Made by a program: the position numbers and the translations under genes. From positions 62,001 to 126,000 of the forward strand of contig MNCI01002402.1 in the NCBI GenBank assembly GCA_015680685.1: a stretch of DNA of 64,000 bases, read 5' to 3'. A model generated the notes under the pieces. It had not been told where the DNA came from. It saw nothing but the letters and a program-made list of their open reading frames with translations, and did no database searches. This document shows positions 53,439 to 64,000 of this stretch, one piece after another; positions within the stretch are counted from its first letter, which is position 1; each line of letters begins with the position of its first letter. This DNA is from Gnetum montanum (lineage: Eukaryota > Plantae > Gnetophyta).

Positions 53439-55016
53439 TGTAACGACAGAAAATATCGACAGCTGGAATACCAAACAAAATCCATGTACACAGTCTTAAC
53501 CACGGATCCGTGCGAGGGCTGTGCTGGAGAAAATGAATCTGCAGTGCCCTGAACGGTCTTGTCGATTAGACAGGGACTTACTTAATTAGTAAATCGTGGA
53601 ATGATTTGATTCGATAAATTACAAAAGGAGAGGAAAACTATGTAGATAAATTGTAATAATGACAACGTTAACACGACAAAGGGAATCAGGTTAAAGAGAA
53701 ATGCATGATTTCAAGATCTATACTTTGACCCAAAAAAATGAGTATCTTGTATACAAAATTACAATGGGAAGACTCCGATTATCTTGTGTGAAACATACAC
53801 AAAATAATAAGAAAAACTATTTAACAAGGAGTGCAGAATGGAGCTCGGTCTACCTTGTAAGCCAAAGATGGAGTGCAAGGAAGGTCAAGCTCGGATGTCT
53901 ATCAACCAACTGTGTCTGATCAATAGATCTTGCCAATCGCACCAGATGATCTCGTGATTCTCTGATTTACCTTCTTCACTTTGGATAGTCTCTGCTCAAA
54001 ATTGCCAAGGATCACTGATGGGAGAACTGTATTTTCGCCAAAAGGTATGATCGCTCTTGCTGCTAAATGCTTGAAAATGTCTCTTGTTTCTGCTCAAGGA
54101 TGATAACTGCCAAAATTTGAAGATGCCAGCCACTGCTCTCCTTCAAAATAAGAAAAAGATCCCTCTTTCTTCTTTCTTTACCAATTGAGGTATTTATAAC
54201 ATGCAGAAAAGGCACGGCCTTGATGACACGTGTCTCGAATTTTTCGAATACCGTTGACTTGACGAACTGGCTATGTCACGTCACATTGCAACGTATGCTG
54301 TCAACACTTTTGCTGAAGCTTCTTCATGATTACACACAATATGCTTATCAATGTATTGTGCGTATGGATAGCAAATGCGTAACTACTTTAGCCGGCTTTA
54401 CGCTGTATTACACTTGTTTACGCTGCGTCGCATGGCAGAGCATAATAAAGCATGGAAATGGTGAGTCAAGCTTTTTTACGCTCATTTATGTAGCAAAGCA
54501 TAGTGAAGTGTAAAAAATGATCAACTCAACGATAAATTATGCTGACGTACGCTGCGTAGCGTAACGAGCGTAAGGTGATCAATATGCAAAAAGAAAGGAG
54601 CCGATATGTCGTGCTTCCTTTGGACTTTCCCTTTGACCTTTTTGAAGCTCATTACGCTGCCTTGCGTAAGAGAGCGTAAATCTGACCCTAGACAAAAGAC
54701 TTAGCAGGATATGTGAGAAGTCGCATATTACACTACTCGGGCCTTAAACTTCACCAAATCTATTGAAGTAAGTCACCTTCTGATGTCAGACTATGTTAAG
54801 CATAATTATGCTAAGCATCATTACGCTATGTTGCGTAATGTAGTGTTGAGATAGAAAACATAGTAAAATTGGAATTTGTAAGGAAATTGGAGACTTGATG
54901 CCGAGCATCGTTTTGCCTTGCTTTGCCTTGTTCTACCTTCTGGAATTCTATCACAAACTTTTGCCTGAATCGTGAATCTTCACTTGAGGCCGATTCACAA
55001 TTTCCACAATGTTTCA
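53439..55016 (-). repeat. 5' LTR of younger Tat-like element
   Basis: Direct repeat of 42577-44174; minus-strand TATAAATA near 54191. Confidence 0.95.
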
Positions 55017-55055
55017 AATAGCAAACAAAGAATTAGATTATTTACCTCAAAAAGC

Positions 55056-55240
55056 ATACTTCCTGTTAATGTTCTTTCTGAGAAACCCCAAACCACCAGT
55101 TATGTTGGAAAAATAGCCACCGTCGTGGATAACAGATTTTTACGTTCTATGCTTAAGCTTTATGGTCTAGTTAAGAGTTGGAAGCGTCCAAAAGATCCAA
55201 CGAATGGATTGCCAATAGGTTTTGGATTTGGTGAAATTAA
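55056..55240 (+). pseudogene. RBM25: Captured fragment of RNA-binding protein 25 (RRM N-half)
   Basis: EKPQTTSYVGKIATVVDNRFLRSMLKLYGLVKSWKRPKDPTNGLPIGFGFGE matches plant RBM25 EKPQTTVYVGKIA.TVENDF..S.L..CG.VKSWKR..DP..G.PKGFGFCEF. Confidence 0.85.
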
Positions 55241-55337
55241 ATTAATGAAGGATCGTCTTCTTGTTGCATTTCTTAGCAGTACCACTTTTGGTTGGTGTGG
55301 AGAATTGCGACTGAGGGTTGGATAATCAGAACTGGAC

Positions 55338-55968
55338 ACCATGGTTTTTGGGGCATCGGGCTTCACTGGCAAATAAGTTGTCTGGTACTTGCTCGGAGTC
55401 ATGCCCGCACATCATCTGAACCTGCGAATCAGCGTCTTTGGACACAGTTACAGCCATCTCATCAACGTCGTACGATGGGCCTCCCCTCCTTCACTGCTAG
55501 TCACGATTTCAATTCTAGAGGCCAACGTCTTAGACCTAAATTTTCTGTAGCAATTGTGCATGTGCACCCACCTCATGCTAGCCTGCATGATCCCATTTTG
55601 CCTCTATAGCAAACCCGTTGTCACTGCCTGCATCACCGTCAACGTCAATTACCTTGACATCATCAGTGAGCCCGAGTTCATGGAGCACATGGAGGCCCTT
55701 TTCCATGACTAAGCTTTGGAGAGAGGGTCTTTGGTTGCAAGCACATGTGGGTTTGATTCCATTCCTGCCGAGATGAGACTGTTCCATCACACGTAGTAGT
55801 GGGAGGTGCCAACGGTGCCCAATAGCGTGACTACGTATGCGGAGCTGATTTCTGAGAAGAGGATTGTAAGTAATCTTGGTGCTTATGAGTCTGCCATACT
55901 TGGTGTTGCTCATGCTGATGAGCTTCAGAAGTTCAGATGCTCCAGACCTAGGCAAGCCAGGCCCAACA
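55338..55968 (+). pseudogene. Captured N-terminal half of saccharopine dehydrogenase-like oxidoreductase (At5g39410-like)
   Basis: MVFGASGFTGK*VV, PVVTAC....NYLDIISEPEFMEHMEA, RGSLVASTCGFDSIPAE, NLGAYESAILGVAHADELQKFRCSRPRQARP; stops and frameshifts. Confidence 0.9.
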
Positions 55969-58900
55969 AAAATTAAGGAACAAAAAGAAGAAGGAAGGGA
56001 TATACAATCCCAGTACTCCCAACTCTATTATCCACAAAACGATCGTGATGTTGATCTGAATTTCAAGTCATTAACAGTGGCAACCAGATGAAGATAAAAT
56101 CAACATGTTACCTCCTTCGGTTGAAAGAAACTCGATGCCACTGCCAATGCCTATTGGTTTGATGATGCTGTTGAAACAAATGGACACGACATTATTCCAG
56201 ATGTCAAATGTAGGAAAAATACAAGATAGAACCGTCGTAACCTCTGCATCCACAATGCCTTGAATTTTAGCTATTTTAATAATGGTCCCCTTAACTATAA
56301 CTCTAAAAATTAAATTAAACTGAATTAATTTAGGTATGCATAGCATAAGATATATATGACATTGAGAAAAGGGAAAAATATATTTTTAGGATTTTCAGGA
56401 TATTTATATAACTAAAAGGAGGGATTTAGTTAATTTCCATTTTATTACTTTCACAAGGATTACTAAGGACATGACATTTAGTATTTAAAATTCTAAATAA
56501 AATACTTAATTAAATTAAATTGGGGATTTTGGTTTTATTTTAATAAATAAATAAATAAATAAAATATTATAGGCCATTATTTACAAAAGTAATATTTGTG
56601 ATATTTACAAATATTAGTGTTAGCATAAATTCCTCCTAACTTTATGTATAACTTCCTAACTACATAACTTCCTCATAATTAGATGGGTAAGTTGTAACCT
56701 TCTTACTTGGGAGAAAAGTTTGCTAGGATATTTTGGAATGTAACTACCTTNATCATCCTTGGCAAGTAATTTTGGGATTTTTAGATTGCTCTTATTGTTC
56801 TTGTTGCCCAATAGAAATTTTCTATTAAAATTTTGCCATAGAAGCACTTGTTTTTGAAAGCCTTAAAAGCATTTTAGTAGTAAATTTAATTATTGTGCAA
56901 CATATAAGAACTACTTTTGAAATCGTTGTAAGAGAGCCTCTACTTGTAGTCATGCTATTGAACGATTCAATAGTCAAGAAGGTTCAGAAAGTCTTTGGTA
57001 TTTTGATGGGACCAAAATAGCTTCTTTTTATCTCTAAAGTGAATCTCCATGGTATTTCAATCAGAAATTATCAAGTCTTTTGAAGGTTTAGTTGAATGCA
57101 ATTGTTGACATCCATTTTCTAGCCAAAATGGAGTCTCGTACGTGGTAGTTTACGCAACAATTTTTTGGTAGCATAGTAAGATTGTCTTGTATAAATTGCT
57201 TATTTGAGCCTTGGAAGTTTGAACAATTCGTAGATATTGAATTTGGGATAGCTTTATTGCGAAGTGTTTACTCGTGTCATTTTACCTTGTTTAAATATTT
57301 GAGGTCTACACAAATTTGCTTTCTTTTCTGTCTATTTCCATCGAATCTTGCTCTATTTCTAGTTTTCTTGTAGAACTATCTCTTTCTCTAGGGAAAATTA
57401 GAAGTAAATTTGTAGAGTTGTGCTCAAATGTTTTTGCAAAATTTTATTTGTTACAAGTAGGTATTATAAGGACAACGTAGAATAGGCAATTAAACAAAAA
57501 AGGAACTCTCAACAACTCGTAGTACTTGACAAAGCTAGATGAATCTCTTTAAGATAAGTCATCTATAGTTTACACATAATGTAATTGTTTCATTTTTCAC
57601 AACCGCACGCCGCAACAGCACACACACATACTCACATTAACTACTGAGTCTATTTGGAGATATCTAGGCCTTGGTGTTGCCAGAGACCAGCAAGCACCTA
57701 AATCCTGCTCGAGGACACTCATTGGCGGTTGCATCCCAAATGATCGCCAACACAAGGCAAGGTAGTACAAGTTTGACTTGATGAAGTTGTTTACTATGCT
57801 TTTGAAAGTGCCTAGTAAGTGGGTTTCTACAATGGTCTTGAAAATTTCATTGAGTGTGATGCTTCAACGCTAGATGAATTTTTGCATAGGCTCTAAGTGG
57901 CCCCACTTGATTTTCATTAGTTGATTCAAGGTCACCTCAAGCTTCAAATTGTACTTGAAGCAAGATATGAATTAACTAAGAAATTCCTCCAAAGAAGATA
58001 TGGAGGCCTTGGGGAGTGCACAATACTAGTATAGTGCCTTGTCGATTAGGGACATGTCAAACATGTAGATGATTACATTTGGCCATGCTTGCAATAGAAG
58101 GCATTTAGAATAGAAGGTCACTAGATGGATGTTATGATACCATTTACCATTATATTTAGTAAACTAGGAAAGTTAGACTCTAGGAGGTAGGGTTAGTGAT
58201 GGGACCGTAGGATTGATTGGGTCATTCTAGTATAAGTCCATCACATGAACCATTTCAAAGGAGGTAGCTTTGAGTCACTTAACCTCCTCAGTGAGCATTT
58301 AAATGAGTTGGAATTCTTGGTTCAAGCTTGAGGTGGATGTGGTGGGCTACGTCGATTGTGCTAGTTGAGTGATAGATGTTCCCACTATGGGTTGCGTGAC
58401 CATGTGAGATTCATATGGCATGTGCTACTATGTGTAATGTGCCATGGGCATAAAGGTTGGGGTTCATCATGTAGTCATGGCTTGTGCCATTGTAAGGGGT
58501 GCTAACAAGATAGGTGAAATGTATGATGCCTAAGTCTGTGGTGGTTGATACATCTACATAGTATGTACATAAGGCTATCTGGCCATGATGGCTACTATCA
58601 GGGAGGATTATGAAAATTGAGCCAATGTCATGAAGGGGAGGGTGGTAGATCCTTTCACCCTTATGCATGTGATGTACAAAGGGAGTGGTGATAGATGGTC
58701 TTGCACCCTGATGCACATGCACTTGATGACTTGCCACCATAGGGGTTAACCTAGGAGGTGACAAAGAGGATGTAAAGGCCTAACAAAAGGTAGATGGCTA
58801 GGAGTGTGGAGGGATGAAACTAGAGGTATCTTGCTAAAAGGAGACATAAAAGGAGTTCTCATTCTTTGAACAAGCCTCAAACTCATCTTGCCCATCCTAC

Positions 58901-59743
58901 AGGGGCTCTTCGTAGTCAATTGCCACATCATTCTCATTCGATCCAATCAATCGAATGAGCTAGTCAAGAAACCATTGAAAGCTCTCAGTGAGTGTAATGA
59001 AATCATTAAGGATAGGTAAGTACTCTCTCTTGTTATAGTGTATGATTTCTCAATGGTCTAGGAATAGACCTACCTAGAGTTTTGTGCAAAGGAAGTTATA
59101 TTTTTCATCGTCGAGTGCCATGTACTTGGGAGGTTGGTTGTGTATTCTAAGCAGTTGCCTCTCTACCAAGGCTAATCCCTTAGGCCTAGAATGATCAATT
59201 ATGATACCCCACTAAATTAGATAAAAAAAAACCATGCTTAGGGTAGAGGTCAATGGCTGCTCATATTTCATGATGCTATGCGAAAACTACAAAAGTAGTA
59301 GATGCTAAAAAGTGGCTAACTATAGGAATGCTGCAAAATGTCTAAGTAAGAAGATGTTGAAAAAATGGCTAAGTTTGAAAACACTGCTAAAAGAAAAAAA
59401 CTAACTCTAGTATACTATTCTTTATACACTAAGATCTACTAGGCTCTCATGTTGAGAGCTAGCTACACTCTCCTAAGCACACAAAGTTTTGACTAAGTGC
59501 CAAAGATATGCTTTGGCTTTCATCCAACAAGGTTCTAGGAGAACCGACAACTAGGTCTAGTCTACACCAACCAACTCATAGATGACTCCTATGCTAACCT
59601 ATGATCTAGCTACTATTGTGACAAGTCCATTGGGGTGTCAAGTCTACACTAGCCCAAAGCTAGTAATGGAGGTGCATAGAGCACATAGGACTACCATTGA
59701 ATGTAGAAGGAAATGACATAGCCCTCCTTCTAGCACCAAAAAC

Positions 59744-62700
59744 TGTAGCGACCAAAAACATTGGTAGCTAGAATACTCATGTCGAGGGATCCATAGTTAT
59801 AGTACAACCCTAACCATACCCTTGTCCAAAGGGCCATTACTAGAGGAAGAAAAGAAATGTGGAGCACCTAGGATGGTCTTGTTGATAGAACTTGGACTTA
59901 TAGAGTGTTCCAACAGACAAGTGCTAGGGGTCTACATGGTGTTTTCAGTGGTACTAAGGTCGACTAAGTTATAGTGTAGCAAGGCTTCCTAGTGCAAGAA
60001 TGATGGCACAAATATGTAAATATGTGCAAAATAATGAAAGAATGTGAATGTGATGCTAAATGCTAAAGAAAATGCCTAAAAATGTAGTGGAGTTTGAGAG
60101 AGAGAGAATGGAACTACCCTGAATGGGAGGAGTGTAGCAATTTCAAAGAAGAGGTGAGGAAGCATGCAATGTATAAATAGGTGTAGTAGGTAATGTATTC
60201 ATAGTCTCAAGATGTCTAGCCATGAAGAATTAACATCTTCCATGATGTTTGAGCCTATTGAGTTGGCTACCATAGTGTCTTATGTGCTACAATGGTTGAT
60301 GGTATTCTAGGAAGTGTACAATGGTGCCACAGTGGTGTTCGATGATGTCTAGTGGTGTCCCAAAGTTTTGTCAAGATGATAAGGGTGTTTAAGTGTAAAA
60401 GTGCCAATGCCAAGATGTTAATTCCTAAATGAAAATGCTAACCCCAGAAACGTAAGATGCATGGGTATTTATAGGATTTGGGTTAACATAAAGTTTGAGT
60501 CATGTGCGACATGGCATGAGGGTAGTTGGGGATATACTAGACCCAACTACACTCCCACTATAGAAACTAGTGCTATGCTCTAGTGTGCTCTAATGAACCT
60601 TAAGAGATTGCTAGACTATGACTTTGCTACCAAGACTATGTATGTCAGAGTTGCAAAGACTATAATGTACCTTCAAATAGTGCAAAATAGTGTAATTTGG
60701 AGGCTACACTTCAGAACTATGCTCTCCCCTCTTTCAAGTGGGAAGAGCGTAGGTACAATTTTGGGATGAATAGGAGGTCAAAAAGAGATGCAAATTGCTA
60801 ATATTGCTTGCTATAGGAGTGTTGAGGCTAAGAGGGAGGATGATGCTAAGCTCTAGAAGCTTTTGGAGGCTATCTTACATTACTAGACTAGCTACACTCT
60901 AGAGCATACCCAAAAAATTGGGCAAATTTTGCAAAAATTGAAGTCTAGTGCTAGCTACTCTTGCTATGCTCTAGAGTGTAGTAGGAGAAAGTGGGAGTGT
61001 AACACTGACACTTAGAAAAAGATGGCAAGACTTGTAGTCCTTGTTCAGGTTATGCTAGCTACTCTTTGGAGCATAGTATAAGGGGAAGCCTCAGGAGTTA
61101 GAAAATTTGCCAAACTGCTTCTTCCAAGCTTGATAGCTCTTGGCTTAACAATTAGGTAAACTAGCCATTGAGAATGCTACACTAGCTATGCTCTAAAGCA
61201 TAGTAGGGAGAATGGGAGTGTAGCACTGCACTTGGAAAATTTTTTGCAACTGCTATTAACAATTAGAAAATTTTGCAAACCTAGTTCTATGCTACATGCT
61301 ATACTCACTACACTCTAGAGCATAGTTCCAATAGTGGAAGCATGGGCTGAACACTTAGAAAAAATAGCCCTAACACCACCCATGTCTAAAGGGTTGTCAC
61401 TATAGGGAAAAAATAGAGGTAGAGTACCCAAGATGATCTTATCGATTGAACTAGGATTTACGAAGTTTTTCAACAAATGAGTGCTAGGGGTTTGCATGGT
61501 ATTTCTACTAGTGCATAGGCCAACTAAGCCCAAGCATAGTAGGGCTTCCTGATGCAAGAACAATGATCCAAACATGCAAATACATGCAAAACAATGAAAG
61601 AATGGGAATGCAATGCTAAATGCCAAAGAAAATTCTTTAAAATGTAGTGGAGTTTGAGAGAGAGAATGGCACCACCTTAAATGAGGGGAGCATAGTAATT
61701 GCAAAGAAGAGGTGAGGAGGTACATAGTGTATAGAGAAGCATAGTAGGTAATGTAGTCACAGTCTCAAAATGTCTGGCCATGAAGAACTAACATTAACCA
61801 TGAAGTCTAAGCTTGTTGGGTTGGTTGTTGAGGTGTCCTATGGACTGCATTGGTCAATGGTGTGCTGGGTAGTGTATAATGATGCTGCAATGATGTGCAA
61901 CAATGTCAATTGGTGTTCCAAAGTTTTTTCAAGATGCCAAGGGTGTTTGGAAGTAAGAATGCAAATGCCAATATCCCAACTACTAAATGAAAATGCCAAC
62001 CCCTAAAACATGAGGCACAGGGGTATTTATAGGATTGGAATTAATGTAAAGTGCAAATCAAGCACCACGTGGCATGAGGGTAGTTGGGGCTACGCTAGAC
62101 CCAACTATGCTTCCATTGGAGCTATTGGTGCTATGCTTTGGTGTGCTCTAATGAACCATAAGAGACTTCCAAACTGCGACTACGCTACGAAGACTACATT
62201 TGCCAAAGTCAAAAAGACTGCAATGTACGTGCAAATAGTGTAAAATAATGAAATTTGGAGGCTACAGTCTAGGACTATGCTCTCCCCTCTTTTGAGTGGG
62301 CTTGAGCATAGGTACAGTTTTGGGACAACTAGGGGGTGCAAAAGAGATGTAAATTGTTGATCTTGTTTCCCAGATGAGTGTTGAGGCTGAGATGGAGGCT
62401 AGTGCTATGCTCTAGAAGCTTTTGAAGGCTATCTCACATTGCTATGCTCTAGAGCATAGCCCAAGAGTTAGGCAAATTCTACCAAAATTGAAGTCCAATG
62501 CTAGCTACTCTAGCTATGCTCTAGAGCATAGCAGGAGAAAGTGGAAGCATAACACTAACACTTAGAAAAAATTGGCAAAGCTTGCAATCCTCCTTTGTCT
62601 TATGCTAGCTATGCTTTAGAGTGTAGCAAGAGATGTAGCCTTAGGAGTTAGAAAATCTACCAAACTACTTCTTCCTAGCTTAATAGCTCCTAGCTTGACA

Positions 62701-62986
62701 CTTAGGCAAACTAGCCACTAAAATGCATGCTACATTGCCTATGCTCTAGAGTGTAGCAAGGAGAATGAAATCATAGCACCATATTTGGAAAAAATTTTAC
62801 AATTATTGTTGACACTTAGAAAATTTTGCAAACCTAGTTCTATGTTGCATGCTATTCTAATTAAGCTCTAGAGCGTAGCCCTAGTAGTGGAAGCATGGGC
62901 CAAACACTTAGAAAAAATTTTCCTCTTCTTGACACTTAGACAAATTTTCCATTGAGGTGTTATCACCTGAATTTGGTGGTGTTTCA
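59744..62986 (-). repeat. 5' LTR of the older Tat-like element with ~1.56-kb internal tandem duplication
   Basis: ~59870-61360 aligns with ~61430-62915. Confidence 0.8.
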
Positions 62987-64000
62987 TGTTGTTTCTTTCT
63001 AAAGTCTATATCTTGTGGCATCTCCTAGGTAAGAAGGTAAGTGATGATGCCAATCATAGCATTTTGGTTCAAGGGCACTTGCTCATTTCTTGCTCCTATA
63101 AAGAGGATTTCATCTAAAAATTGATTAAAGAGAGGGCTCTCCTCCTACTTTTTTATCCCATCTTAACTAAGAGAGGTGGTTAATGATCACATTCTTATCT
63201 CCTTTTTGATCTTCATTTTGAGATCTAATTCTTACAAGATCATGAGCCACCGTATGATACAGGTGCTCACCATGGCCTTTTTCATTAAGAAGTAGATGGC
63301 ATTGTGATCTATGTATACAAATACTTTGTAGCCAAGCATATAGTACTTGAACGTTTCAAGAGCATACACCACTGCCATCAATTCTTTCTTAGTTGTGATG
63401 TAATTTAACTATGCACCCATAATGCTTCAACTTGTGCAATAAATGTAATATGAATGTTTCTTATCATCTAACTATGTAAGCATTACTCTCAAGGAATAAT
63501 TAAATGCAACTATCATTATATAAAATGGCTTGGGCTAGTTTGGTGCCTGTAGAATTGGAGTTTCTCTAAGTTTCTTCTTTAGTAGTTGGAATGCATGTTT
63601 GCACTCATTAGTTTAGAAAAATGGAGCATCTTTCTTTGTAAGCTTGAACAATGACTTTGCAATCCTAGAGAAATTCTCTGTGAACCATTGATAGTAGCCA
63701 ATGTGTTTAAGGAATGATTGGACATCTTTGATAATATCTGGTTGACAGGTAATTCCTTGAATGACACTTATCTTTTTCAGGTCTATCTCAATCCTTGATT
63801 GAGTAATACTATGCCCTAGTAGTATGCATTTCTAGACCATTAGATGGATTTTCTTCTAATTCAACTTAAGGCTTGTTTCAACACATCTATTTAATACCTA
63901 CTCAAGGCAATACAGGGCTTGCTCAAATGTAGCCCCATAGATAGAAAAGTCATCCACAAAGACTTTTACCTTGCTACCTATCCACTATTGAAAAATACTA
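62987..64000 (-). pseudogene. Decayed Athila-like RT/RNase H, runs off the window
   Basis: FVDDFSIYGATFEQ..VLNRCVETSLKLN*KKIHLMV..LLGH..IEID..DVQSFL.HIGYY..NFSRIAKSL; RNase H NYITTKKELMAVVYALETF..VFVYIDH..IIRWL. Confidence 0.85.

Larger units (their letters stand above)
42577..55016 (-). mobile_element. Tat/Ogre-like (Retand-like) Ty3/gypsy element with both LTRs, lacking RT/RNase H
   Basis: LTRs 42577-44174 and 53439-55016 (TG..CA), AATAG TSD both sides, PBS 53416-53432, PPT next to 44175; gag, PR and INT present. Confidence 0.95.
42347..57752 (+). mobile_element. ~2.96-kb solo-LTR-like element (42347-42576 plus 55022-57752) carrying host gene fragments
   Basis: TGTTGGC...GCCAACA inverted termini, 5-bp TSD TAAGG/CAAGG, cleanly interrupts the older gag. 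No internal direct terminal repeats, PBS or retro ORFs seen; LTR-like 3' end GGCGGTTGCATCCCAAATGATCGCCAACA. Confidence 0.8.
40870..62986 (-). mobile_element. Old Tat/Ogre-like Ty3/gypsy element (5' LTR 59744-62986, PBS 59722-59738, gag split into 57758-~58900 and 40870-42346), 3'-truncated
   Basis: PBS TGGTGCTAGAAGGAGGG. Gag FIKSNLYYLAL (57755-57785) continues as YSLSQMFAQTKSI*DVAEASK (42280-42341), collinear with FIKFKLYYLSPSSLHQAFAQTKSIQDAVETSK of the younger element. LTR terminus GGTGTTTCA at 62986 resembles that at 55016. Confidence 0.85.

Noticed and set aside
57600-57635. CCGCACGCCGCAAC resembling a Helitron 3' hairpin
   Set aside because: No complementary arm or correctly spaced CTAG; it lies in the LTR-like 3' end.

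Overview
Plant nuclear DNA, transposon-rich, heavily C>T mutated, with assembly gaps. I see no intact protein-coding gene, RNA gene or CRISPR array. The left ~41 kb is a degenerate tandem segmental duplication (unit end 886-1950; unit A 3634-15389; unit B 24495-40869). Each unit ends in a MYB98/64/119-type R2R3-MYB pseudogene; A and B also carry intronless CDPK fragments and an Athila-like remnant. A CRK-type kinase pseudogene is fused to the first MYB copy, and a full-length decayed Ty1/copia (15869-22453, ATAAA TSD) lies between A and B. The right part is a three-level nested insertion. An old Tat-like gypsy element (40870-62986, tRNA-Asn PBS) is split inside gag by a ~3-kb TG...CA element with a 5-bp TSD (42347-57752), which is itself split by a younger Tat-like element (42577-55016, AATAG TSD). 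The most notable feature is that ~3-kb solo-LTR-like element: it carries head-to-tail host coding fragments (RBM25 RRM, saccharopine-dehydrogenase-like oxidoreductase), a candidate gene-capturing 'Pack-LTR'. The younger Tat element lacks RT/RNase H and contains an antisense ORF with three apparent introns. Identities and family calls are by eye or from recall, not computed.
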